A DNA stretch of 64,000 bases, taken from positions 6,938 to 70,937 of the forward strand of contig CBDHHN010000002.1 of assembly GCA_965263455.1 (NCBI GenBank), in the 5' to 3' direction. Each line of letters begins with the position of its first letter. The first letter of the stretch is position 1. This DNA is from Acidimicrobiales bacterium. GTDB lineage: Bacteria; Actinomycetota; Acidimicrobiia; Acidimicrobiales; SZUA-35. The notes beneath the pieces are model-generated. The model ran no database searches. It was not told the DNA's origin and saw nothing but the letters and a program-made list of their open reading frames with translations. The translations under genes were made by a program, and so were the position numbers. This document shows, in pieces, positions 47,986 to 57,355 of the stretch.

Positions 47986-49370
47986 GGCGTCCAGCTCGCA
48001 TCGATGGCCTGAGCGCCCTCGGCCGCCGTCTTCTCACCGGCGACGATGGCCGTGCCCTCGGACCAGAACGTCCCCGATCCGACCGCCGGAGGCATGAGGT
48101 CGGAAGCGTCGTACCGGGCCACGTCGGCCCCGAGGACGATCTCCACGAACGAGGCCTCGATCCCCGAGTACAGGCTGGTGTCGAGACCGGCGGCGGCCGA
48201 CAGGAAGCCCGACACCTCCTCGCCCACCCGATCGTTCTGGGCCTGGCGCCGGGCGTCGGCGTAGTCGGCCGACGAGAGGTAGGCCATCACCTCCCACACC
48301 TCGGGAGCATCCCGGACGGCGGCCGCCAGCGACGCCCCGACCACGATGGGGCGGCCCTCATCGGCCGGAAGCGGGAACACGTCCACCGGGTCCTCCTCGA
48401 TGCCGAAATCGGAGCCGTCGGGAATGAAGTCGATGTACCGGTCGCTCTCGCGGTGCATGAGGCACTCACCGTCGACCAGGTACTGGCCGTTGTCCCCGAA
48501 CGGCGTGGTGGCGATCGTGCCGCCTCCGGCGAACACGACGCCCGGGGTGTTCCACAGCTCCACGATCTCCTCCATCGGTCCGGTGACGGCCTCGTCGTCG
48601 AACGGGATCTGGTTGGTGACCCACCGGTCGTAGGTGTCGGGGCCGGACAGGCGCAGGACCAGGTCCTCGGTCCAGTCGGTGAAGACCCGGCCGGTGGTCG
48701 GACCCGATTCGATCCCGACACAGAGCGGGGTGTTGCCATCGGCCACGGCCGCGGTCACCAGCGACCGGAACTCGTTCCAGGTCTCGGGAACGGTGTAGCC
48801 GAACTCCTCGAACCGGGCCGGCTGATACCACACCAGCGACTTGACCTCGGCCCCCGTCGGGACCCCGTACTGCTCGCCGTCGACCACCGCCACCCGGTTC
48901 CAATCCGACCCCCAGCTGGCGTCGGCGGCGTCGGCCACCTCCGACGGCAGGGGCTCGACCGCCCCCTGGTCGACCAGGTCCAGCAGGGCGGCGGGCCGAT
49001 CGAACATGACGATGTCGGGTCCGTCGTCGCTCCCGAGCCGCGCCGCCAACTCGGCGTCGAAGTCGCGGACGCCCGTGTAGCGGATGGGGATCCCGGCCTC
49101 GACCGACAGCTCGTCCAGCGCGTCCTGGATGGCTCCGGCCTCATCGGCCGCACTCTCGAACCCGAGGACGGTGACCACACCGTCGTCCACGTCGTCGTCC
49201 GCGGCCGGATCGTCGCCGGCAGCCGTCGCGTCGTCACCGGCCGAGGGCTGCTCGTGCCCGAGTTCTTCGGCCTCCTCGTCCCCGCCGGAGCAGGCGGCGA
49301 GGCTCAGACCGAGCCCCATGGCCAGCCCGATCAGGACCGGTCTGACCCTCAGCGTCGTCACCCTGCGCAT
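47982..49370 (-). CDS. ABC sugar-binding lipoprotein (family 1 SBP), copy 1
   Basis: Lipobox LSLAACSGG and an acidic linker. It aligns along its whole length with the copy at 53169-54581. Confidence 0.88.
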   Translation of the reverse strand: MRRVTTLRVRPVLIGLAMGLGLSLAACSGGDEEAEELGHEQPSAGDDATAAGDDPAADDDVDDGVVTVLGFESAADEAGAIQDALDELSVEAGIPIRYTGVRDFDAELAARLGSDDGPDIVMFDRPAALLDLVDQGAVEPLPSEVADAADASWGSDWNRVAVVDGEQYGVPTGAEVKSLVWYQPARFEEFGYTVPETWNEFRSLVTAAVADGNTPLCVGIESGPTTGRVFTDWTEDLVLRLSGPDTYDRWVTNQIPFDDEAVTGPMEEIVELWNTPGVVFAGGGTIATTPFGDNGQYLVDGECLMHRESDRYIDFIPDGSDFGIEEDPVDVFPLPADEGRPIVVGASLAAAVRDAPEVWEVMAYLSSADYADARRQAQNDRVGEEVSGFLSAAAGLDTSLYSGIEASFVEIVLGADVARYDASDLMPPAVGSGTFWSEGTAIVAGEKTAAEGAQAIDASWTP

Positions 49371-49386
49371 GAACCCTCCCGGTGGC

Positions 49387-50397
49387 TCAGCCCTTTACCG
49401 AGCCCGCGAGGATACCCCGGACGAAGAACCGCTGGAGCAGGAAGAAGACCAGGAGCGGCACCGCGGCCTGGACGAAGGCACCGGCCGTCAGGAGATGCTC
49501 GTTGCGCCCGAACTCACCGGTCAGGGCGGCGATGCGGACCGTCATCGGGCTGATCTCTCCCCCGGCGTCTCCCATCACGGTGGCGATGAGCAGATCGTTC
49601 CAGGTCCACAGGAACTGGAAGATGGCGAAGGCGGCCAGCACGGGCACCGACAGCGGCACCACCAGGCGCCAGAAGATCGTGAAGTGATCGGCCCCGTCGA
49701 TCCGGGCCGACTCGAAGACGTCCTTGGGGAGCGACTTGATGTAGTTGTGCAGGAGGAAGATGGCGAAGGGCATGGCAAAGGCCGTGTGCGACAACCAGAT
49801 GGCGGTCGACGTCCCCTGCAGACCCACGTCGGGCAGCAGGGTCACCGTCTTGTCGGTGCCCCAGATGGTCCAGTGGGCCCCGCCGGCGTAGGTCTGCAGC
49901 AGCGGGAGCAGCGCCGTCTGGTTGGGGATGGCGAGCAGGGCCACCACGCCGATGAACAGCGTCTCCCGCCCCCGGAACTCGATCCAGGCGAAGGCGTAGG
50001 CGGCGAAGGCGGCGATGGCGATCGGAATGATCGTGGCCGGGATGGCGATGGCGAAGCTGTTGACCAGACCGTCGCGGAGGCCGCCACTGGCCTGCGAGCT
50101 CCACACCGCGTCGTAGTTGTCGATGGTGAAGGCGTCCCAACCGGCAGGGATGTCACTGCCCTCCTCGGCCACCACCGACGGCGGCAGGAAGATCTCCCAG
50201 AACACGCTGGCCCGCTGGGCGTCGCGACCTCGGAACGAGTTCAGGAACAGGCTGGCCGTGGGAAGGGTCCAGATCGTGACGATGACCCACAGCAACCACG
50301 TGGGGATGCCGGAAAGGAACCGGTAGATGGTGGACGACAGGCCGGGCCCGCCCCGGGCAGCCCCGGGGGCGGACGTCGGGACCTCGTGCGTGGTCAT
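49387..50397 (-). CDS. Carbohydrate ABC transporter permease (MalG-like)
   Basis: 336 aa with 6 TM helices and an EAA loop ESARIDGADHFTIFWRLVVPLS. Confidence 0.92.
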   Translation of the reverse strand: MTTHEVPTSAPGAARGGPGLSSTIYRFLSGIPTWLLWVIVTIWTLPTASLFLNSFRGRDAQRASVFWEIFLPPSVVAEEGSDIPAGWDAFTIDNYDAVWSSQASGGLRDGLVNSFAIAIPATIIPIAIAAFAAYAFAWIEFRGRETLFIGVVALLAIPNQTALLPLLQTYAGGAHWTIWGTDKTVTLLPDVGLQGTSTAIWLSHTAFAMPFAIFLLHNYIKSLPKDVFESARIDGADHFTIFWRLVVPLSVPVLAAFAIFQFLWTWNDLLIATVMGDAGGEISPMTVRIAALTGEFGRNEHLLTAGAFVQAAVPLLVFFLLQRFFVRGILAGSVKG

Positions 50398-50398
50398 G

Positions 50399-52990
50399 TC
50401 ACACTCCCTCCTGCTGGAGCCGTCGGATGTTCAGGTAGAGCACCGGAAGCACGGCCAGGAACAGCACCACGGCGAGCGCCGAGCCCAGGCCCCGGTTGCC
50501 GGCCGTGAAGGCTTGGAAGAACATCTCGTTGGCCACGATCTGGGTCTCGAAGTTGCCGTTGGTCATGACCTTCACCACGTCGAAGATCTTCAGCACGTTC
50601 ACCGTCATCGTGGTGACCACCACCCCGACGGTGGGAAGGATCTGGGGCACGATGATCCGCCAGAAGATGGAGGAGTCGGTGGCACCGTCGACCTTGGCCG
50701 CCTCGATGAACTCCTGGGGTACGGCCTTGATGGCGGCGGAGAAGATCACCATGGCGAAGCCGGTCTGGATCCAGATCAGCACGACCATGAGCCAGAGGTT
50801 GTTGTAGGGCAGATTCTGGCTGATGAAGATGACGGTGCGCTCCCCCACCCCGTCGACCCCGGTGCCACCGAGGCGGCCGGCGGCCAGACGCCACAGGACC
50901 CACAGCAACGGGACGGCCAGGGCCAGGCTGCCGCCGGCGAGGCCGCTGGCCCCCGATCGCAGGCCCTGGTAGGCGAGCCATCCGAGCCCGGCCACCACGG
51001 CGGCGAGCAGGGCCACCCCGATCCAGCGGTACCCGGACAGCGACAGATCGCCGAGGGCGACCCAGGCCCAGTTGAGCAGACCGGTCTGCGGGTTGTCGCC
51101 GGGCCGGGCGATGTACATGAACCGCCAGATGATGCCGGCACCGACGAACGAGATGGCCAGGGGCATGAAGATGATCGACTTGGCCACGTTCTCGAACCGG
51201 GCCCGGTCGGCCAACGCCGCCACCGCCAAACCGATGGCGGATGCGGTGGCCGTGACCATGAAGACCCACCAGAGGCTGTTGATCACGGTTCCCCGCACGG
51301 CGGCGAACGCCGCGGTCGCGGCCAGGAAGACGCCGAAGGCCATGGCCCCGGCATGGGATCCGCCCAGGTCCACGCTCAACCCGGGGGTTCCGGCCAGGCG
51401 TCCGGCTGAGGCCACGAGGGCGATGAGGGCCAACCCGATGGCGACGAACAGGGCCAGATACAGGTACCGCCACGACGGGGCGGTGGCGGCGGCCGCCAGC
51501 ACCCCGGTGCCGACCGCCTCCTCGGAACCGTCGCCCCGAATCAGGCGGAGTTCGTGGTAGGCGGCGAACAGCATGAGGGCGCCGAGGGCGGGAAGGACGA
51601 ACCGGGCGCCCGGGAACGAGTTGCCGGTCCGACGGCCCAGCACCACGGCCCCCGCGACCCCGACCGCCATCAACACCAGGCCGATCTCGAACGGGGCCGA
51701 GGTGAACAGGGCCCGCCAGTTGCCGAAGTCCCAGTTGGCGGCGTTGCCGAAGATCTGGCGGTAGTTCTCCAGGGACGGGAACTCCTGGACCCGCTGGCCG
51801 GCGTCATCCCGGAAGCTCCGCTCCAGGCTCAACAGGATGGTCCGGATCAGGGAGGCGACGAGGCCGACCCCGACGAAGAACAGGGCCGGGGCCAGGAAGA
51901 TGTAGCTGCGGGAGCGGTTCTCCAGTGCCGTCAACTCGGCCTGGGTCGGCCGGGGGCCGACGGCGAAGCGGGCCCCGGCCAGGGCCCCGGCCACGCCGAA
52001 GGCGCTGAAGGCTTCGATCCTGGGGCCGCCGGTCCCGGTGAGCAGAAACACGCCGATCAACCAGCCGATCAAGCCGCCGACCAGGGCACCGGTGGCCAGC
52101 GGGCGATTCCGCAGGCGGGCGATTCCGGCCCCCGCCGCGGCCAGGGCCAGGGGCCAGACGATGGCGCCCACCAACTCGATCCGGGGCACGATGGAGGTGA
52201 ACGCCAACCCACCGGCGAAGAGGCCGAGCCCGGCCCCACCGGCGGCGCCCGCCACCAACCGCACCGGCTGGTCGAGGCGGGCCAGGGCGTAGCCGAGGGC
52301 GGCGGTCAGGGCCGCCCCCATGAGGGGGGTCCACACGATCGTCACCGCGGTGTCGACCGGGATGCGCTCGGCGAAGAACAGACCCCAGAGGTAGCCGCCG
52401 ATGAGACCGACGACGAGGCCGCCCAGCTGCCATCGGTCGACCTCGTCCCGGACGACGCCGACGGCGAAGCCGATCGCCATCCCCAGCCCGGCTCCGATGA
52501 TCAGCGAGAACAGCAGCAGGGTCCACTCGTTGGCGTTGACCGCGTCGTGGAGCCCGGTTGCCAGGCCGTCCCGGCCGTTGATGTGCTGGATGAGTCGGTT
52601 GCCGTCGAGGAGACCGAAGACGATGAACCCGATGACGGCCCCGAGCAGGGTGGCGAAGCGGGTGTAGGACTTCCCCGCCTGGTTGAACAGCAGGTTGGCG
52701 CCGACGAAGAGGGCGCCGCTGACGGTCACGGCCAGCAACACACCCCACAGGGTGGTGGCCAGCTTCGAAGCCTCGGGCGAGGCCAGGAACCGGTCGGCCC
52801 GGTCGGCCTGGAGCATCCAGATCAGGCCGACCAGCGATGCCACGCCGAACACGGCCAGCGGGAAGCGGCTCCGCAAGCCGGCCGGCAGCAGACCGCCCAG
52901 TTGTCGGGTCGCGGCCGTTACGACCCCGCCGAACAGCCCGGCCACGATGGCGGCGATGATCACCGAACCGATGGCCTCGAGAACACCCAT
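50399..52990 (-). CDS. Carbohydrate ABC transporter permease (MalF-like core) with a multi-TM N-terminal extension of about 355 aa and an extra TM-rich insertion
   Basis: 863 aa. The canonical core starts near SYIFLAPALFFVGVGLV (aa ~362). The EAA loop is EAAKVDGATDSSIFWRIIVPQ. The N-terminal 355 aa are Gly/Ala/Leu-rich TM helices. Confidence 0.85.
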   Translation of the reverse strand: MGVLEAIGSVIIAAIVAGLFGGVVTAATRQLGGLLPAGLRSRFPLAVFGVASLVGLIWMLQADRADRFLASPEASKLATTLWGVLLAVTVSGALFVGANLLFNQAGKSYTRFATLLGAVIGFIVFGLLDGNRLIQHINGRDGLATGLHDAVNANEWTLLLFSLIIGAGLGMAIGFAVGVVRDEVDRWQLGGLVVGLIGGYLWGLFFAERIPVDTAVTIVWTPLMGAALTAALGYALARLDQPVRLVAGAAGGAGLGLFAGGLAFTSIVPRIELVGAIVWPLALAAAGAGIARLRNRPLATGALVGGLIGWLIGVFLLTGTGGPRIEAFSAFGVAGALAGARFAVGPRPTQAELTALENRSRSYIFLAPALFFVGVGLVASLIRTILLSLERSFRDDAGQRVQEFPSLENYRQIFGNAANWDFGNWRALFTSAPFEIGLVLMAVGVAGAVVLGRRTGNSFPGARFVLPALGALMLFAAYHELRLIRGDGSEEAVGTGVLAAAATAPSWRYLYLALFVAIGLALIALVASAGRLAGTPGLSVDLGGSHAGAMAFGVFLAATAAFAAVRGTVINSLWWVFMVTATASAIGLAVAALADRARFENVAKSIIFMPLAISFVGAGIIWRFMYIARPGDNPQTGLLNWAWVALGDLSLSGYRWIGVALLAAVVAGLGWLAYQGLRSGASGLAGGSLALAVPLLWVLWRLAAGRLGGTGVDGVGERTVIFISQNLPYNNLWLMVVLIWIQTGFAMVIFSAAIKAVPQEFIEAAKVDGATDSSIFWRIIVPQILPTVGVVVTTMTVNVLKIFDVVKVMTNGNFETQIVANEMFFQAFTAGNRGLGSALAVVLFLAVLPVLYLNIRRLQQEGV

Positions 52991-53109
52991 TGCGCACCTT
53001 CCCCCAGGGCCGCACCGTCTCCCGGTGGCGACTGCCGACCACCCGCCCGACCCGTTTCGAGAGGGGGGCCGGAACCCGACCCCCCTCGCATTACTCAGTA
53101 TTGCCCATC

Positions 53110-53142
53110 GGCGGTGACGGGACCGAAGGGCCCGTCACCGCC
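53110..53142 (-). promoter_or_regulatory. Intercistronic hairpin between SBP copy 2 and the permease genes
   Basis: GGCGGTGACGGG-n9-CCCGTCACCGCC forms a 12-bp perfect stem. A second, imperfect G/C hairpin lies at about 53063-53093. Confidence 0.5.
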
Positions 53143-53168
53143 GAGAGGATGACCGGAAACCAGCCCGA

Positions 53169-54581
53169 CTAGGGCCAGCTGGCCTCGATGGCGTCGGCGG
53201 CCTCCTGGGCCGTCTTGTCACCGTTCACCGCAGCCGTGCCCTCGGTCCAGAAGGATCCGGAGCCGACGGCGGCCGGCATCAGGTCGGAGGCGTCGAAGCG
53301 GGAAACCTCGGCGTCAGCGAAGATCTGGAGGAAGGTCTGCTCCAGCTCGTTCAGGTTCGACGAGTCCCACCCGTCGGCGGCCGACAGGAAGCCCGAGGTG
53401 GCGCCGTCGAGGGCGTCGACCTGGTAGGCCTGGCGGGCGTTGGCGTAGTCGGCGGTGGTCAGGTACTTGATGACCTCCCACACCTCCGGCCGGTCGTTGA
53501 AGACCGAGGCCAGCACACCGGCCACCAGCAGCGGGCGGTCGCCGTTGACGGTCGGAAGGTAGAAGGCGTTCACGGCCTCGGCGCTGCCGTCGTTGGCCGG
53601 CGTCCCCTCCGGGAAGTTCCCGGCGAAGAAGTTGGCCTGACGGTGCATGAGGCAGTCCTGCTCGACCAGCGGCACCGCGTTCTCGGCGAACGGGGTGGTG
53701 GCGATGGTGCCACCGCTGGCGAAGACCATGCCCGGGGTGTTCCACAGGGTGAGGATCTCGTCCATGACCTCGACGACGCGGGGGTCGTTGAAGGGGATCT
53801 CGTGGTTGACCCACTGGTCGTAGACCTCGGCGCCGTGGAAGCGGAGCATGAGGTCCTCCATCCAGTCGGTGAAGGCCCAACCGGTGGCGCCGCCGGACTC
53901 GATGCCGACGCACAGCGGGGTGTCGCCGTTGCCGATCATGGTCTCGGTCAGAGCCTTGAAGTCGTCCCAGGTCTCGGGGACGTCGTAGCCCTTCTCCTCG
54001 AACACGGCCGGCTGATACCAGACCAGCGACTTGAGGTCGGCCTTGACCGGGACGCCGTACACGTCGCCGTCGACCGTGCCGAAGCCGGTCCAGTCCGACG
54101 ACCAGTTGGTGTTGGCCTCGGTCACGACGTCCTCGGGCATGGGCACCAGGAAGCCGTCACGAGCGAAGTCGGCGACCTTGCCCGGCTGGGGGAAGAAGGC
54201 GATGTCGGTCGTGGTGCCGGCCTCGGCCTGGACACCGATGTTGTCCGAGAAGTCCCGGGAGCCGTTGTAGACGATCTCGATGCCGGTCTCGGCGCTGAAC
54301 TCGTCGAGTGCGGCCTGGATGGCGCCGATGTCGAGCTCGGAGTTCTCCGGGCCGGAGATGGTCACGGTGGTGCCGGAGAGGTCGCCGGCGTCCTCCATGG
54401 CCTCTCCATCGTCTTCGCCGTCGTCGGCGGCGGTGGTCTCCGTGGTCTCCTCGGAGTCCTCGGTGGTGTCGGAGCCGGCGTCGGTCTCGGCCCCCTCGTC
54501 ATCGTCGCCCGAACAGGCGGCGGCCACGAGCGCAAAGCTGAACAGCAGCGCCAGCAGCACCTTCCATCGCGAAGTACGCAT
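53169..54581 (-). CDS. ABC sugar-binding lipoprotein (family 1 SBP), copy 2
   Basis: From ATG 54581: MRTSRWKVLLALLFSFALVAAACSGDDDE. It is a paralogue of 47982-49370 (shared blocks KSLVWYQPA, TPLCVGIESG, TDW.EDL.LR, WNTPG.VFA.GGTIATTPF, CLMHR). Confidence 0.9.
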   Translation of the reverse strand: MRTSRWKVLLALLFSFALVAAACSGDDDEGAETDAGSDTTEDSEETTETTAADDGEDDGEAMEDAGDLSGTTVTISGPENSELDIGAIQAALDEFSAETGIEIVYNGSRDFSDNIGVQAEAGTTTDIAFFPQPGKVADFARDGFLVPMPEDVVTEANTNWSSDWTGFGTVDGDVYGVPVKADLKSLVWYQPAVFEEKGYDVPETWDDFKALTETMIGNGDTPLCVGIESGGATGWAFTDWMEDLMLRFHGAEVYDQWVNHEIPFNDPRVVEVMDEILTLWNTPGMVFASGGTIATTPFAENAVPLVEQDCLMHRQANFFAGNFPEGTPANDGSAEAVNAFYLPTVNGDRPLLVAGVLASVFNDRPEVWEVIKYLTTADYANARQAYQVDALDGATSGFLSAADGWDSSNLNELEQTFLQIFADAEVSRFDASDLMPAAVGSGSFWTEGTAAVNGDKTAQEAADAIEASWP

Positions 54582-54661
54582 TGTTGTCCTCTCGTTGTGG
54601 GCCGGCTGGCCCCTCTCCCACGACCGGCACCCGCCCACCGCCTCGGCTGCATCGCTTCGGC

Positions 54662-54675
54662 TGCAAGCGTTTACA
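54662..54675. promoter_or_regulatory. LacI-family operator-like imperfect palindrome
   Basis: TGCAAGCGTTTACA fits TGnAAnCGnTTnCA. It lies in the divergent region between SBP copy 2 and the LacI gene. Confidence 0.45.
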
Positions 54676-54961
54676 GGTGGCCGGTCTGTCGTGTCGGGAA
54701 AGGCTACACGGTTGTTCGTCTATGGGTGCGATTGCCGTAAGACTGCAGTAATTGTCCTTGCTGACCAGGTCAAACGGATGAGACGGGCCCGACCCTGAAT
54801 CGACAACTCCCCACCTCGGTCGGCGCCCGCCTTCGGCCGATAGCGTGCGCTGGACGACGGCGCGGGAAACGGACATCATGGCGAGGGCCGGTGAATGTCG
54901 GGTGCCCCGTGTGGCGTGGTCCCCCAATCTGCCGAGTTCGAGACGCCAAGGAGACCGTCGG

Positions 54962-55978
54962 GTGCCGACCCAGCGGCCAATCACCATCGACGACGTGGCC
55001 CGGGTCGCCGGGTACTCGGTGGCGACCGTGAGCAGGGCCCTTCGGGGCCTGCCCAACGTGGCGCCGTCGACCCGGCGCCAGATCGAGGACGTTGCGGCCC
55101 GGCTGAACTACCGGCCCGACCCGGCCGCCATCCGCCTCGCCACCGGCCGCTCCCGCACCGTGGCCATGGCCGTGCCCAGCCTGGCCACCTGGTACTTCGG
55201 GCAGGTCATGGCCGGGGCCGAGGCGCTGCTGACCGATGCCCGCTACGACCTGCTGGTGTTCTCCCTCGACAGCGACCCGACCCGCCGCCTCCAGGCCTTC
55301 CAGGGGCCGACGGTGGCCCGGGCCGCCGGAGTCATCGTGGTCGACCTGGCCCTGTCGGGGCAGGAGGCGGCCACCCTCTACCGGACCGACCAGCAGGTGG
55401 TGGCGATCGGCACCACCTCGGACGCCTTCAGCAGCGTCCGAATCGACGACATCGGCGTGGCCGAGTCGGCCGTCGGCCACCTCGTCGAACTGGGCCACCG
55501 GCGCATCGGTCTGCTCAAGGGCCAGAACGACGATCCCTTCCACTTCGACGTCCCTCGTGAGCGCCAGACCGGCTACCGCAACGCGCTGCTCCGGGCCGGC
55601 ATCCCGGTCGACCCCGACCTCGAACGATCCGGCAACTTCTCGGTCGAGGGTGGGGCCGAGGCCATGGCCGCCCTGCTCGACCTGGAGAAGCCCCCCACCG
55701 CGGTGTTCGCCATGTCCGATGAGATGGCGTTCGGGGCGATGCAGACCCTGTGGTCGCGGGGCCTGTCGGTGCCCGACGATGTCTCCCTGGTCGGGGTCGA
55801 CAACCACGAGTTGAGCCCGGTTCTGGGGCTGACCACGATCGACCAGTCGGCGGGCGAGCACGGCGTACGGGCGGCCGAGTTGCTGCTGACCCTGCTCGAC
55901 ACCGACCACGCCGCCCCCGTCCACCACCAGATGCCCATCCGGTTGATCGAGCGACGCAGTTCGGCCTCGGCCCCCTGA
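54962..55978 (+). CDS. LacI-family transcriptional regulator
   Basis: ITIDDVARVAGYSVATVSRALRG.PNVAPSTRRQIEDVAARLNYRPD is the LacI HTH. GTG 54962 is the preferred start; ATG 54878 is also possible, and the track ORF starts at 54845. Confidence 0.9.
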   Translation: MPTQRPITIDDVARVAGYSVATVSRALRGLPNVAPSTRRQIEDVAARLNYRPDPAAIRLATGRSRTVAMAVPSLATWYFGQVMAGAEALLTDARYDLLVFSLDSDPTRRLQAFQGPTVARAAGVIVVDLALSGQEAATLYRTDQQVVAIGTTSDAFSSVRIDDIGVAESAVGHLVELGHRRIGLLKGQNDDPFHFDVPRERQTGYRNALLRAGIPVDPDLERSGNFSVEGGAEAMAALLDLEKPPTAVFAMSDEMAFGAMQTLWSRGLSVPDDVSLVGVDNHELSPVLGLTTIDQSAGEHGVRAAELLLTLLDTDHAAPVHHQMPIRLIERRSSASAP

Positions 55979-56029
55979 CCGGGCCAGGGCGCGCCCGGTA
56001 CGGCCGGGCCGACGGCGGCCCCGGACGGC

Positions 56030-57325
56030 TCAGGCCACCAGCCGGTGGACGGCGGCCAGGAGGCGCTCGACCTCGGCCACCGAGTTGTAGTGGCAGACCG
56101 AGGCCCGAACGCAGTCCTCCAGACCCAGCGGCTCGAGGATGCCGGCCGAGTAGTGGTCCCGGCGGCGAACGTGGACCCGGACCCCGTCGGCCCCCAGCGC
56201 CTCGACCACCGTGGCCGAGGGCATGCCGTCGATCGTGAACGAGACCAGGCCGGCCCGGTGTTCACTGGCCACGGGGCCCAGCACCCCGACCCCGGGCAGC
56301 CGGGCCAGGCCGTCCAGGTCGCCCGCGCCGTGGAGCATGGCCTGGACCAGGTGGTGCTCCTGGGCCCCGATGGCGGCGGCCGCGGCCTCGATCAGGCGGC
56401 GGGAGGTCACGGGATCGGGTGCATCGTGGTCCGACGCCCCCGCCTCCGGCACCCGGTAGACCTCGTTGCCACCGCTACGGGCTCCGAGCCACTCCAGATA
56501 GCGGACGACATCGGAGAAGGTGGCGTAGGCCGAGGCGTCGCGGGTGCCCAACTCCCACTGGGAGTCGGGGGCGCCGTCGAGCTGATCATGGGGCACGGCG
56601 GCCAGCCGGTCCGAGATCCAGGCCACCCCGTAGTTGTGGCGGGAGAAGAACTTGTAGCCCGACACCACGTACCCGTCGATGTCGTAGTCATCGATGTCGA
56701 TGTGGCCGTGGGCCGCGTGCTGGATCCCGTCGACGATGACGAAGGCGTCGGGCGAGGCTCGCCGGACGGCGGCGGCGACGGCGCCCACGTCGACGTGCAT
56801 GCCGGTCACGGGGCTGGCGTGGATGATGGTGGCGACGCCGGCCCCGGCGGCCACCGGTCGGTAGTGGTCGGCCCCGACCACCGTGGTGACCGGGTCGAAC
56901 GGCACCTGGTGGTAGGTCGAGCCGGCAACGGCGGCCCAGCGGCGGCACGGGCTGTAGGTCGCCGGGTGTTCGAGGTGGCTGCCGATCACGGCCCGTCCGG
57001 GCCGGGCCAGGACGGCGGTGCGGATCAACCGACCCAGGAGCTCGGTCCCGGTCTCCCCCACCACCACCACGCCGGAGGAGGCCCCGAATGCGGTGTGCAT
57101 GTCGCGACGACCCTGGGCGATCAGTTCGGCCAGGGCGGCCGAGGCCGGGTTGGCCCGACCCTGGTTGTCGGGAACGGCGGCCAGGGTCGCCGTTCGCTCC
57201 ACCACCGACCGGAGGGTGAGGGAGCCCCCGGCGTTCTCGAAGAAGGCTCGGGGACCCTGGTAGGGGCAGGCGTCGACGTGGTGGAACCGCGTGCGGACCT
57301 CGGCCAGGAGGGCGTCGTCGAACAT
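56030..57325 (-). CDS. Class V aminotransferase-fold PLP-dependent enzyme (cysteine-desulfurase-like)
   Basis: 431 aa. The PLP-Lys context is VVSGYKFFSRH, and the N-terminus FFENAGGS is typical of the family. Confidence 0.8.
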   Translation of the reverse strand: MFDDALLAEVRTRFHHVDACPYQGPRAFFENAGGSLTLRSVVERTATLAAVPDNQGRANPASAALAELIAQGRRDMHTAFGASSGVVVVGETGTELLGRLIRTAVLARPGRAVIGSHLEHPATYSPCRRWAAVAGSTYHQVPFDPVTTVVGADHYRPVAAGAGVATIIHASPVTGMHVDVGAVAAAVRRASPDAFVIVDGIQHAAHGHIDIDDYDIDGYVVSGYKFFSRHNYGVAWISDRLAAVPHDQLDGAPDSQWELGTRDASAYATFSDVVRYLEWLGARSGGNEVYRVPEAGASDHDAPDPVTSRRLIEAAAAAIGAQEHHLVQAMLHGAGDLDGLARLPGVGVLGPVASEHRAGLVSFTIDGMPSATVVEALGADGVRVHVRRRDHYSAGILEPLGLEDCVRASVCHYNSVAEVERLLAAVHRLVA

Positions 57326-57355
57326 GGGCCGACCCTAGCCGGGGACCGGGAATCG

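Noticed and set aside
56045-57355. N-terminal 437 aa of the 852-aa plus-strand ORF preceding the CoA-transferase
   Set aside because: It is antisense to the class V aminotransferase gene and is G/R/V/D-rich. The CoA-transferase homology starts only at about 57356.
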